From Psilocybe cubensis (taxonomy: Eukaryota), in contig CM039008.1 of the NCBI GenBank assembly GCA_017499595.2, forward strand, positions 2,604,001 through 2,668,000: DNA of 64,000 bases, written 5' to 3'. Below, one piece after another: positions 1-12,555 of the stretch; the stretch's first letter is position 1; each line of letters opens with the position of its first letter. The notes below the pieces were generated by a model that saw only the letters and a program-made list of their open reading frames with translations, searched no databases and had not been told where the DNA came from. The translations under genes were made by a program, and so were the position numbers.

Positions 1-1140
1 TCCAGGCGTCGTAGCCACGAACGCAGCGCCCTACCCGCTCGAAAAACTCGTAGACGGCAGCATCCACGTCTGGTCCCCATGAGGGAAGCTTTTGCTTGTC
101 AGACAGGAATTTAGAGATAGTTTTTGTGGCATATCCAGAAAGCCAGTATAGAGCTGCTTGTAAATCGACCCGATATTCCTTCATTATTGCGGTGATAACG
201 TTGTGACCATCAAGCCCCCTGGAGTATTCAAGACCATATGAATGCATATCCTGTAGCAGCGCATCATATTAGACGTGTGATTATTTCAGAGAGATTTAGT
301 TCTTACGTTTGTGATGGCGATGAGGTCCGTTGCCCCTTCCATCATTGAAATTACCAAGGGGTGAGCAAACACCTCGTTTGGTATTTTCAGACCAAGGCCA
401 TGGAATGAGAAACTCGGTAATGCTCCACAAGTATCGCGACGGAGAATAAAATAGTCTTCCACGGATCTGATATATCCTTCTACTCTATCATCCGCTTCCT
501 GAATGATGGAGCGAGTATAGGCATCGAAGTCTGCAATAAATCTTTCAAATCCGGGTTTGTCCTCCCCCACAACATCAATGGTTCGCTTAAAGAATCTAAG
601 GCAAAATGAATAATGTGTGCAATCCTTGAAAGATGTTAATACTCACTGACGCGCCATTTCGATCAGCTTGTTGTCAAATGGAACGTCTGTATGGTGGAAC
701 GCATTCATAACGTCCTTCGCAATTTTCATCGCTTCATCCGCATCGGCGAGATCGGTGTACTCGTCAAATGCGAAATAGAAGTTCATCAAGTCACAAGATA
801 TGCGAAGATGATCTAGTGAAAATAAAATATTCAGCATGGTTTCTCAGCATATACATCTATACAAACCTTTTCCCTGTAAGTGTCCTACAAGTGCTCCGAG
901 ACGGTCTGATGGACGAAACATGGAATATAAGCACACCTCCCGTGATCAGTTGTGTCGTAGATCAGGAAACTCACTAAAATCGCAGCCTTTGAATTTTTTG
1001 AACTGGGAAGGATCGAAAAGGTCCAACGATTCAACCCATTGGTTTGCTTCGTTGGTGACTTCTTCGAGGTTTGGGTCAATGATACGTTTCCAGGGCCAGT
1101 TAGCCAAGAGATCAGGGATCACGAATTCAGTGGAAGACAT
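1..1140 (-). CDS. Class I terpene synthase, basidiomycete clade III, probably linalool/nerolidol-synthase type; multi-exon, 3' end off window
   Basis: Spliced translation: MSSTEFVIPDLLANWPW...LRISCDLMNFYFAFDEYTD (Asp-rich motif)...LRRDTCG...ITN|DMHSYGLE (NSE/DTE motif)...LPSWG...VGRCVRGYDAW. GT-AG introns. TATAAAA on the minus strand at 1218-1224. Confidence 0.95.
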
Positions 1141-3617
1141 TGTGAGTGCGTTGACTATGAATGGAAGTTCAAAGAAAGCTTGGGAGAGGATGAAGCATAG
1201 TGAGTAGACCGACTGGATTTTATATCTCAGAGGCACCGTTCCACCGTGGTGTATTTCTCGGCCAAGATGACCTCAAATGGCTCGATGACATCGGCACAGT
1301 TTGCATCCTTGCTGGCATACAACACTGTTTACAATGCTCACGCCAATAACAGAAATTAAGTCAAGTACAATGTAACTCCGATCGGCTTTACTTGGGCCGG
1401 CACCAAAGCTTCCTGGACTATCTAATGCGGATTGAAGCAGCTTGCGTTTCCCGCTCTGGCGCTTATCTTTTCATCGCGTTGTGGCTTATTGTGAGAGTGA
1501 TCTACTGCTCTCTCCATGCCTTAGATTTGCACTATGCCAAAAAATCTTACTTCCTCGGTAGTGCTCCTCACATCCTTCAAGGATCAGTTATCGCTCATAC
1601 CATTGAATCGACAATCCCTTCCAACGTTTTCACAATGTCGCCGGAGTATTCCAGTCCGGATATCGTGTACAGCATTCGGTCCATATACTATTCTGCCGAC
1701 TTCGAACAGGCGAAAGACGAAGGTAAGTGGTCATCGGAACCATTTATTATCGAGCAGATTGAAATGAAATCATGGATGTTTGTGCACTGCATGCGCCATG
1801 ACAACTGTGGGGAATGCCGATGTTGGTATCGCCGACAGGCTTTCCTCTGCTTGTCTAAATTTGAACTTTTGACGTGTATGTGAATCATTCATCAATATTA
1901 TTAGAAATGCTACCACACGCAAATTATCAAGGCAGTTAATTTCGGGTCTTCTACATGAGACCCATAATAAATCATAGATATGCTTAACTTTGAAGCGCGG
2001 CACGCCTACGTATCGGAACGTATGAACGATGGCATGAATGATTTCAAGACTAAGCGCCCACAGAGTAAGGCCTTCACAATATTTGAAAAAAGGTCCGTAC
2101 CATCCGCAAAAATTGGGATCCACTAGTGGTTCAGACTGGCGATTACAAGTGTCACTGAAAAAAATGGAACCACTGATGTGTTAACTTTGTATAGAAATGT
2201 ATATGCCAGGGTGTTAATGTAAACAAGTCGCCATACAGTCTGAACGAAGAAAATGAGCGATCACCATCTCATTGGGTCCAATTACACAGGCCTAACTCAC
2301 AAGTGATAGGGGGGAGAAGTCCAGTCCGCGGAGGACTTGAAAGTTCGCCTCGGAGCCTCGTCCCGAACCAAAAAAAAAGGTAAATCACACAACTTGAAAC
2401 CTTTTGGACGCGAACCGCGAGCTCACTTGATTCCACGGGCTCAAGGCACTATCGGCAAACATCATGTGCACCCAGCTACCACACAGCGCACGCCGAACAA
2501 GTATCAGACGCGCTCCGCGGTGTCGCGAACGTTGTCCAAAAATGCTGTTGTTTGTACCACGAATCCTTATGCAAAAAAAGATACCCTTTGTAGGAGGTCG
2601 GTATCATAGGAATTAAAAACTCTCGCAAAAGAAGCCTACATCACAAAGTTCGTTGAATTTCTGGAGACCGTAAAGTTCGGTATGGAGAAAGAGATTTTCA
2701 ATCCTTGCACTGATTCAATTGCTTCTCATGAGTACGCATGAGGGAGCAGCATTGATCAATAAGAAAAGGTTGGTTGGAAGAGAGGCAAACCAACAATATT
2801 GACGTGAAATTCCATCTCGTTTCCGGGAACTATGGAGAAGACAGACACAAAGAACGATTAGGCACGCGGCCAAGGCCTTGAGTTGCATATAAATACCTTA
2901 TTCGGGTAATTTGATTGCGGTGCTTTGCATAGTAGACCCAAGACATCCGACCTGCACGTAATCGCAAAAAGACTATCTTGGAGCGAGCATATACATTCCC
3001 CGTTTAGCGTTCCTCGTTAGAGACAGCTTGCTTCGATTGTTCTGTACACCACTTTCAGAATCTCGCAAAAGCACAAAATCTTGATATTATGACGAAGAAA
3101 TGATAGGATCCAAGGCACAGGAGATGATGGTTTAAAAGTGTCCGGATGTGGATAGTGGTGGTGCAAAAATACGAGTTCCATGTAGCGGCAGTGGAGGGGA
3201 CGGCGCTAGCGCAGGATAGAGGATCAAATATCGGCGAGCAATCCACAAGGTATTTCTAATAATGGGGCCAAGAAGTGACCTAATATTTCTGAATGTTGTA
3301 TCATTAGTGTGAAGATGCATTAGATAAACGCAAATGTCATACATTGCCACATGTTTTGGTTACCCTGGTCATCAAGAAACCAGTTCTATACAGTGCAATC
3401 TTGTTTGCATAGACCGTATGGTGGTGTAACCTGGGATAAACTGGCAGTGCGCATGTCGAATAAGCATACGATGAAACCTCTAGCGACGTATCTATCGTCG
3501 TTCATGTGTCATTTCATCGAGCATCAATTCCAAGTTGACAACATCGGATAATCTGTCCTGAAAAGTTCATTGAGAAGCGATTTAAAAGGGCTAGGGCAAG
3601 AACATACTTTTAGGAAT

Positions 3618-3944
3618 CTATTGAGTCTGCGGTGAGACAGTCTCCAAGGCCCTGATCAGCGCAGTCAAGCCGTCGTTGAAGATGAAATCAGCAGCTTCCA
3701 TAAGATACCCCATCCCAATTTTAAAGAAGTATATGTAGAATGCGATCATTGCGAATCCTTTGAAAAGATAGATCACCCAACCGACAATGGGCACGATAAC
3801 TTTGAAAGCCACGTAAGTTGATATAATGCCTATAATTGCGATTCGTGCTCGCCGAAACAGGTAGCTAAAGCAGAGCAAGGTTGCTATTATTCCTATCTGG
3901 ACCTTGAATGAATAGTTGTGAAGGAAAGGGATAGCGATTCGCAT
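3618..3944 (-). CDS. Small hypothetical membrane protein (108 aa, about 3 hydrophobic segments)
   Basis: Single ORF with an ATG start and long hydrophobic stretches; no family recognised. Confidence 0.5.
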   Translation of the reverse strand: MRIAIPFLHNYSFKVQIGIIATLLCFSYLFRRARIAIIGIISTYVAFKVIVPIVGWVIYLFKGFAMIAFYIYFFKIGMGYLMEAADFIFNDGLTALIRALETVSPQTQ

Positions 3945-4281
3945 TGTGATCGAGGACGTCGAGACCGAATGTTGTGGAGGACCTTAACCCAGGTTGAAAC
4001 TAAAATTCGGCGTCGGTTGAACCAAATTGATGACAAATATTTCGGCACAACACGGCATCCATAAGTAGTAGGTGCGGCAATAGCCAGGCGATAACTAGCC
4101 CCTAAAACGCTTGTGATGCTGGAACCTTTTCGTTTGAATTTATCACACTTGAAACCAAATGTACTGCAAAGTTCTTTCATTTGGTCTATTGGATTAAATT
4201 TTTGAATCAGTGAGATCCTAGTGTATTATAGTAGTAGCGGAATCATGTAACATAATGTAGGATCTAGAAGTTGTGTCCAGT

Positions 4282-5450
4282 TCAATATACTGCTTTTACA
4301 GCGTCAGACCAATCGTCAAGTGCAGTTAAGACCTTTTCACACTTCTTCCTCACATCATAGTCTGCGTCGTTGCCTAAAACGAGATACCCAGGCCATGCTC
4401 GACCCTTAGCAACTCCCCCATTAGTAACAACATCCATAATGATATCAACTCCTTTGCGAGGATCCCCCGATATCATGCCTCCGGGTCCGACAGATTGAAG
4501 TCTGGCTTTAGTCTGTTTCCGCAAATCATCGTAAATGGGTATCGGATTGTCGACAGAAAAAACTTGATTTTGAATCCCTTCTGTTCTAAATGAACCTGGC
4601 TCGACGAGCAGGACCTTTATGTTGAATTGCGCTAGCTCTGACATGAAAGATTCCGTGATGGCTGAAGAAACTATGAATTAGGTTAGGGAATAGGAAATAA
4701 AGGAACATCACTTGCCTCGAATAGCAGCTTTTGATGCAGCGTAGAAGCCAAGTCCCTTGGAAAGAGATAGTATTAGCATCAATGTCCCGCTTGGACGGGT
4801 TAAAATGATTTCGTACAGGAAGTTCAGCTTTCCATGCTGATCGGCTCCCAATCGTAACCACGCAGGCATCTTTGCTCTGTCTGAGGTATGGAAGTGTAGC
4901 CGTCGTCACGTCCAAAGTACCAAAAACATTGGTATCAAACTGTCGGCGCAATAATTTACTCCTAAATCCACGATCAACTCTCTGCTGTTACCAGATGCGA
5001 GATATACATATACTTACCCTCCTTCTTCCATCATACCTCCCGTGAAGCTACCTACGCATCAACCACATCAGCCCGACTCATTCTTACCGCCTTTGAGAGA
5101 AGTAAGATGTGGCGCACCTGCGTTATTGACTAGGACGTCAATTTGATTCCAAAAGGTAAAGGCGTGCCCAATTTTCCTTTCTATTTCTTCTGGTCCATCA
5201 GTCAGGTCGAGCTGTAGGGTGCGAAGGCGCTTCAGATCTTTGGCATTGATTGTTGAGGTAAATGCCTCCAGCTTCTTTAAGGACCTCGCAGCGGCAATAA
5301 CACGATCTCCGCGAGCGAGTGCGGCAAGCACGAAGTGTTTCCCGAAACCGGAAGAAGTTCCTGTAGCAAGTAAATCAGACTGGTTGAAAGCACTGTGTAA
5401 AAGAAGACCATACCTGTGACCAACCAAACTCTGGAGGGCAATGAATCCAT
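4282..5450 (-). CDS. Classical short-chain dehydrogenase/reductase (SDR), multi-exon
   Basis: MDSLPSRVWLVT|GTSSGFG (TGxxxGxG), IDVLVNNAG, FDTNVFG, GFYAASK (YxxxK), VLLVEPGSFRT. Confidence 0.93.
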
Positions 5451-5874
5451 TTCGCGCTGTATGAGTTGTTTTTTATTCGATGATGAGCTGGGAGACGCTC
5501 GCCCACTATATATACCTTCATGCGAGCTCGCCAAAGAGCAAACACATCCGGAGTACAGAGCGGCTAAACGTCAAGACGATATAAAGACCGTATGGTCATC
5601 TTACTGTGGTGTCTAGGATGAACGCCGACTGCTTCATCGATTATCAATAGCAGGATGTACGAAGCACTCGGGAGTTGGGTTGTCCGATCGCATGGGATTG
5701 GCGTTCTTGGTTACACAGATTACGCTGACGAAGGTTGTATGAGGATATACTGACCCAAGAGTTGACTCAATCTCAGTGAGCCTGGGCCGCCAAACCCCTG
5801 ACGCTGGCTTTGTTGGGCGAAGTTTTGGCGAAGTTCACCGGCTCACCGGCTATCGTCATTGCCTTTCCACCAGT

Positions 5875-6889
5875 CACTGGGGGCAAAGTCCGGCACGGTT
5901 AAAATTTGACCGTGACCAACACGGTTGGACCACGGTGGTATCGCGGTGAGCAAACGGTACCATTGAGCACCATTTTTTTTACAAAATACTTAAATTACCT
6001 AGTCAATGTTAAGCTTGCTTTTGGAAGGTTAACCTGCATCAGCGAGCCAATTCCATTGATTATTTGTACTCGATTTGTTAACTTGCATGAAGCAATTGAA
6101 TCACTACGATATATGGATTTCCAGTGATACTGTTTTATTATGAAGTATTGATCAGTGGTCAGTAATATTTCTTTGCACTGTGTATCTAGGAAAACAGGCT
6201 TCAATGTGGAAAGAAAAAGGGGGCAGAACAGATATGGTTGGTTTAATACCTTTTGAAATGAAATATCTTTGTTGTAGGAATGTCAAGGTAGAATTAAAAC
6301 TAATGATAAAGGAGGGTGCCTTACGCTGGGTGTGTAAGGAGGTTTTAATTGAGGTCTTCACTGTGTTTTTGTATTTCTATGGACCACAGGTTGGTGTCTA
6401 ACTTTTCATCATCCATGTCATGTATACCTGTTTTTTTTATATAGTGGTGGTTTGTGTGGGTAGGGTTCTATGCCATACCAGATGAAAGCTTTGAACCTTT
6501 GCAGAACATGAAAAAAAGCTAAGGCGTTTAGGCTGTCTTTAGGGTTGGTTTCAGTATTGACAGAATTTGTTGCATACCTTATACATATTCAAAAACAATT
6601 CCTTTGAAAATAGTAGCATGGAATAGAAAAATAAAAAAAGATGTATACTAAACTTAATCGACAGTGAACAAACGCCCGTTGACATTGTCTTTCCTTTCAA
6701 CTCAACCCAGCCAATCACAGCGCTCAAACCCCCTTTGTTCGGAGTCATACTGCTAATTAAGTCACATGACTGCATACATGCCAATTTTTGGTTTCCCTTG
6801 TGTCAACCGTAGGTCAACCTTGGGTCAACCGTGGCGTAACCGTGTCGGGCACGGTGAAATTTTTACCGTGCCGGATTTTGCCCCCTGTG
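5875..6889. mobile_element. Non-autonomous CACTA/CMC (EnSpm-like) TIR element, 1015 bp
   Basis: Left end CACTGGGGGCAAAGTCCGGCACGGTTAAAATTTGACCGTG; right end reverse-complemented CACAGGGGGCAAAATCCGGCACGGTAAAAATTTCACCGTG (about 60-bp imperfect TIR). AGT flanks both ends (5872-5874, 6890-6892). AT-rich interior with no transposase. Confidence 0.88.
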
Positions 6890-7492
6890 AGTGTGGCGGG
6901 TTTCGGTCAACCTCAGTCAACTTTAGTATACAAATCGTACCCTGTCTTGACAATCCCTTGCCGTTCCGTCCCGGTTTATATACGGGGGTCAAATGCCATT
7001 ATGTGGTATAAGTACATCGTTTCGGAACGCTGGTCTCGGACTCGGCGATGGAGTAATTGACCAGCACTTCGTTTTTGGCATTCTGCAATTTGAATCTGCC
7101 ATTACGAAGGCAATTATTTCTGCACTAGATAAACCATTCGATAAGAGAAGCCTAGCTGGAAGGGATTGTAGATGATATGCAATATGCCTCAGAATAAATT
7201 GAGAAGGCTGCATAATAAGCACGAGAGTAGGAGTGTATTATATGTATGTCTAAGTGTACCGTGTTCGTGGAGAACAGCGCCGAAGGGTTTCGCAACCCAC
7301 CAATTAAACCAGACAAATAACATGACAACAACATTGGTTAGTTGAAAACAAAATGATAAACAGCAGTAAAAGTCAAAACGAAGGCGAGATGAAAGCAGAG
7401 TCAGACAATAGAAAAATGTTCATGAGTAGGTGAACGGTCCCGTCAGAAGCAGATTAGAGCAAAGCTGCAGGAAGAGCAGAACTCTCCGGGCT

Positions 7493-9022
7493 TCAACGCT
7501 CGCTATTCTCTTCGTGGGGTGAAGTGTTTGTACTCGGCAAGTCTTCATGTATAGTCCTTGAAATGTGAGCAGTGCTCTTCTGCACTGACCCCTCTTTCTT
7601 GATCAACCCATCCAAGTGGCGCTTAACCACGGCTATGGTATTCGTATACGCACCACCGCTGACTATACCTGCTGAATTGGACGGATGATTATCATCCAGA
7701 TTATCAACGATTGTCTTCCATCCAGGGTGCCTCTTCAAGACAACCGTTTCGTATAGCCATTTTCCTCCTAACGTGTGCTTTGGATCTGGAATCCACACAT
7801 TTTCCGCTATTTTGTACCAACAGAGTCCTTTGGAGTCTGAAAGACGCAGAGATGAATCTGAGTTCTAATAAATGCTTGACAGAACAATGAGAAAACCTCA
7901 CGAGGAAGTGAAATCTCTGCAAGAGATGGACACGCGGTGCCCCATGTGGTGACAATTGAAAGTTCCTTATCTATCGGCGATGATATATCACCCATCTCAA
8001 AATAATCGATGCAGACGATGTGGAGCCGTTGAAGTTGCGTAAATCGAGGTAGACATGCTTCTATAGCTTGAAGATAATCCTACAGTATATCAAATAGTAA
8101 GTGACACAAGTTTGTACCTTAACAGACTAGTATTAGACCCACGTCGCTGAGAGGTTCATCCACCAGTAGCACGTTCGATATTAATAAAGACACAAGATCA
8201 GGAAGTCGGATGGAAATTGATTCAATCAAATCCTGGTTCCAGCCTCGTCTCCTACAGCTTAAGAGGTTGAGACCGTCGCAGCACGAACGTTGAAGAGCTT
8301 GAAATGCCATGTCCGGATCGGTCTCCATGGCATTCCAGGATAGGATGGCCGCCCTCAGAGAGTTAGTTCTGGAAAGAAAGGGCACGCTTTGCACATTTCC
8401 AGAGAAATACTGAAGGCGAGGAAGTACCAGAGTGGGAAGGTTAATGTTACCGACATCATCAGGGAGAGGGTCTGCAGTGTTCTCGTTCGGGGACACCTGG
8501 AGGTAGTAAATTCTAGGATGCCGATTGAGGAAATCGATTAATGGTGCGGAAGGTGTAAGATAACACTCGAAATGTCGGAGGCTGTGGAAATTGCAGCGAT
8601 TAAGGAGCGTGACGAAGTGTGGGTCGTTTACCAGTAACTTCAATGTATGCAAATTGGTGAGAGAGCAAAGAGCCTTTTTGATGATGGTATAGTACGAAGC
8701 AAGCAAAGCCGGAGAATAATGACTACGCTGCGGGTTAATAGATGCAGAATTAAAATCCAAAATAGACGTACTTATAGGTGATCAAGAATGATCGCACGGT
8801 GGTTGCAGCATTACGGTTGCTGGCTAATGTTTGGCAACATGCAACAACTACGGCAGGAGAATATAGAGAAATATTGCGGTATAGTGCACGCAGAGTTAAA
8901 GAGTTGAATAGCCTAGATACGCGAGAAATCGAAAGTTGTGTTGAAACTGAGGAGAAATCAATGAAGACCTCCAAAACCTCCAGCGGAAGTCTAACAATCG
9001 AGGGGAAGGCCTCAGACTTCAT
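7493..9022 (-). CDS. F-box-like / RNI-LRR-like hypothetical protein, multi-exon
   Basis: N-terminus RLPLEVLEVFIDFS...LSISRVSRLFNSLTLRALYRNISL; LRR-like LTNLHTLKL and LPRLQYF; late WGTACPSLAEISLP motif typical of agaric F-box families. Confidence 0.75.
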
Positions 9023-10344
9023 GAGATCGAACTCGATAGCATGGGTATCCCTCGGTGGTTGGATAATACGGTCGCAAGTATTTAAATACGAAGGAAAATA
9101 GCGGCCGAAAGTATCGTGCTTAAAACGGGGGAACCCGATGGTTAAAACGCGGTCTACACGAGGCTTATGAGCGCTGGATGTGCGGAAATGGGTGTGCGCT
9201 GTTCGTGTCCGAATCCTCGCGAATCGATAGTTGCCCAGGTCCTGACGATGTATAAAGCTGTGTCTTCGCGCTCCCGGCTAGATAAAATGCGTGTTGTAAA
9301 GGGAAGCTGACTCCAGGGGGCGCCGGATGGGGGAGCGACCTCGAGGCTGGGAGCACACGAGGAATAAGAGTAGGGAAGGACTTGACGGATGTTCGAGCAC
9401 AATAAGAGGTCCCCACGAGTGTCACAACCCCCTCGTCACACCACCGCGTCTTGACAGGTTTCCATGCCAGTGAAGGGGAGGAAGCTAGGCCTCTATTGTT
9501 CTTTCTACCTGACTAATGGCGAATCATCAAGGGTCTTGATCAACTCCCACATCATTAGACGCAGAATCAACCAAGTAATCCAGAATTGTAAAGTTCGTTT
9601 TAAATGCTGAAGCAAGCAAGGTGGAAAGTTTCAAACAGGGCGAGTGGTGCGAAGGTTGTTTAATTTGTCGGTGGGAGCAGGTGAGAAGAGTACAGCGTCA
9701 GAGAGGTTTCGCCGTGTCGGCTTTAGAACACAAATCAACAGATGTAGTGACTCCGGCGTCCGGCTTGTTCGCATGTTTTTTCCGGAGCCATTGCCTCATT
9801 GCCGCCGGGATTTTTGATGGGAAGTGTGGGAATAGGTACTTTTAAACCGGTACCAGCCGGTGCCTCGTTTAATTGATTCGCAAAGAAAGCGAAGTTGAAG
9901 TAAAGCACGTACAAATTAACAACACATCGCCATCATACCCTCTATTTCATTTCTTGGCAAGCCCAGGAGCTCATGTACATATTCATATTACGAAGGATTC
10001 GGAGAATAGTTTGAGAATATCGCAAATTTGAGTTCACACTGCAACTTCAGTTTTCGAACTAAGAATCAACGGGCTCCTTGATAGGTGGTAAAAGATAGTT
10101 AGTCAAAGAATATATATGATACATTCTGACCCGAATTTCCAACACTGACAAGCGCGCAAGCGACACTCTGATAAGCGCCCATATATATGGAGATCCCACT
10201 TGTAGGGGTGTTATATTGATTGTTTATCTCATACACAAAAAAGACACAGTTTGGCTAAGGGTTGTACAACTTAAAACATCGCTAAACAGAAATATTCACT
10301 TCTGAAGGGTTATTTAGAACGTCCAAGTTTCTCCATTCCTTCAC

Positions 10345-12555
10345 TCAAGCATGTCGGCTCCCACCTGGGCGGCCGTAAGTGATGCCACCATAACGCTTGG
10401 GAGTTCCAGCAACAGGGAATATTGCTCCGGGGGGATAAGTCAGAGGAGTACCAAAAACGCTGACCTCGAGTGATTGCAGCTCAACCACCTCTCCATTGAC
10501 CTAAATGCCAGATAAGCTCCTATTCGCCCAAATAAGGAGTACATGGCTACGTAAACAGATACTCACCTTCTGTGCTCTGAAATGCAACTCTTTGGATAAA
10601 TACGGCACTACGGCGTCAGGTGCCAGAGAGCTCAGTCCAGAATGTTTTACAATAGCGCGGTTGAGGTGGACAAATCCTTCAATGACGAGGTCACTCTGGT
10701 TTCGGCAGTTGGCGCACTCTCCCGCACTGCTGTTGACGAAAGCATGATGAGCACCAACAAAGTGCGGGTCAACCAGCCAATCATTGGGATCCTCGGGGAC
10801 AGTGCCGAGGAAGATGAGAACGGAAAAGCTTGTCCCAATCTCGTATTTCTTACACTCAATACGAGCGGTCCAGTCATACAGCCCTTGGCTGGGAGGAATG
10901 ATGTGGTGAGTATGCAAAGCCGGTCCATGCCCTGACTCTGCCTCTTTGATATCACGAGATGCTGAAGGGGCTGAAAGAACGTGCTGCTCGGTCGCTTTCT
11001 CCGCGGTAGCGGGAGGACTCTGCTCAGGTGCAGGAAGAGAAGCAGGGATAGCGAACGCTGCAGTTGTCCCAAACGAAGAAGGCGCAGCAGCAGCAAAGGA
11101 TCCAAAAACGGAAGTGCCATAAAGACGGTTAACAATATTTCCTATTGCTGTCTTCACTGCTGAAGCATTTCCCATATCGAGGCCATTAAACTCTGGGTAT
11201 GTATACCCAAGTTTGGTCGTGTCTTGAGTAGAAGACGATGCCCAAAATGATGTTTGACTGTCCCAGAAGGGAGTCAAAGCTAATGTAGGCCGTCTTTAAA
11301 TAACCTCCTATAGGCCACTTAATAAACAGATGCACGTACGGGTGGTCTCATCAACGGGTATCTCAGGGGGCATGGTAAAGCTCCCGAACTCGGAGTCACC
11401 TTTAGATACCCAGACGCCAGGATTCAGTGCTGACCAAAGAGAGAGTAACCTATCGACGTTGCAGTGGTGCAAGAAGAAAATTGGATCAAAGGCTATCAAA
11501 GTATGAATAGAACGTCCATGAGGATCGCATCAGAAAAAACTCACCGGCCACTGAGGGGTCAGCCATCTGACCATTGCCTCCAACATCGACATGAATACCA
11601 TCATGAATGGCCTCCAAACTATTGCTGGTACTTCCTCCGTCTCCGACAGTATGGTTGCTAAATGCAGTCCAGGTGTGCACGCGTGTTAGCATACTGTATG
11701 TGCTCATCGTGATATCTGATTGGGCCGCTCGCAATACGCTATAGTTGGATAATCAATACCAGACGTTGACGAAAAAGAAATCACGCAGACTTACTTTTTA
11801 AGTCGTGTAACATTGTCCGTAGCGTCAGGCCTTGTACTGGTAGGCTGCCTGAGGGTGGTCGGCCACCGACTATAAGGTCTCGGAAACGAAGAATCAATAG
11901 GGTTGAACTTGTAGTGATATAAAGGATTGTCAACGGTGATCTTATTTCCGTTAGGGCCGGTGATGGTGACTTGTTTCATCGCGATTACTTGGTCAGGAGG
12001 AACAGCATTAGCTGCCCAGTCCCAGTAAGGCTGACGAATGTTGGCAGCAGCTTCGACCCAGCTGGCGGTGTCGACAGTATACTTCGCCGCCACTTCTGCA
12101 GCATGTTTTTGCATAATTTGCTATGGGAAAGGAGCAGCCAATATGTTAGCAGAGTTCATAGCTGAGGTTAAAAGCAATCGCGTACTTCATATAACATGAC
12201 ATAGGGTCTATGCCACGTCGGGAACAGGACCGATCCATGGGTACAGTATCCTCCCCATTGAGTGTTAGGATCCCAAGGTTGACTCCCAACGGCACCATCC
12301 CATGGCTTGTTAGGGAGTCCATGAATGCCTCCAATCTGGAAGAACGACTGGAAGTCCGACTGAGAAGTCCCAGAGGCCATGATTTCTGTGAACAATGGTA
12401 CATAAAAATTAGAAAATCACATCAGCGTAACATTGGGTACACATACGAAGAGCCTGGATATAAAGAGAAAAGAATTTCTCATTCTTGACGAAGTCGTTGA
12501 TTTCAAGACGGTTAGGAGAGCCACCCGTAACACCCGTAATCACGATGCGAGACAT
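10345..12555 (-). CDS. Tyrosinase (polyphenol oxidase) with C-terminal shielding domain, multi-exon
   Basis: CuA: GGIHGLP...[16 protein letters not shown]. Cu[15 protein letters not shown]...[15 protein letters not shown]. Also [14 protein letters not shown] and a C-terminal CANC (CxxC); ends GRPGGSRHA*. Confidence 0.97.

Noticed and set aside
1-12555. Terpene synthase + SDR + tyrosinase as a biosynthetic gene cluster
   Set aside because: No P450, transporter or regulator in the interval, and an F-box-like gene and a transposon intervene; cannot be supported from this window.
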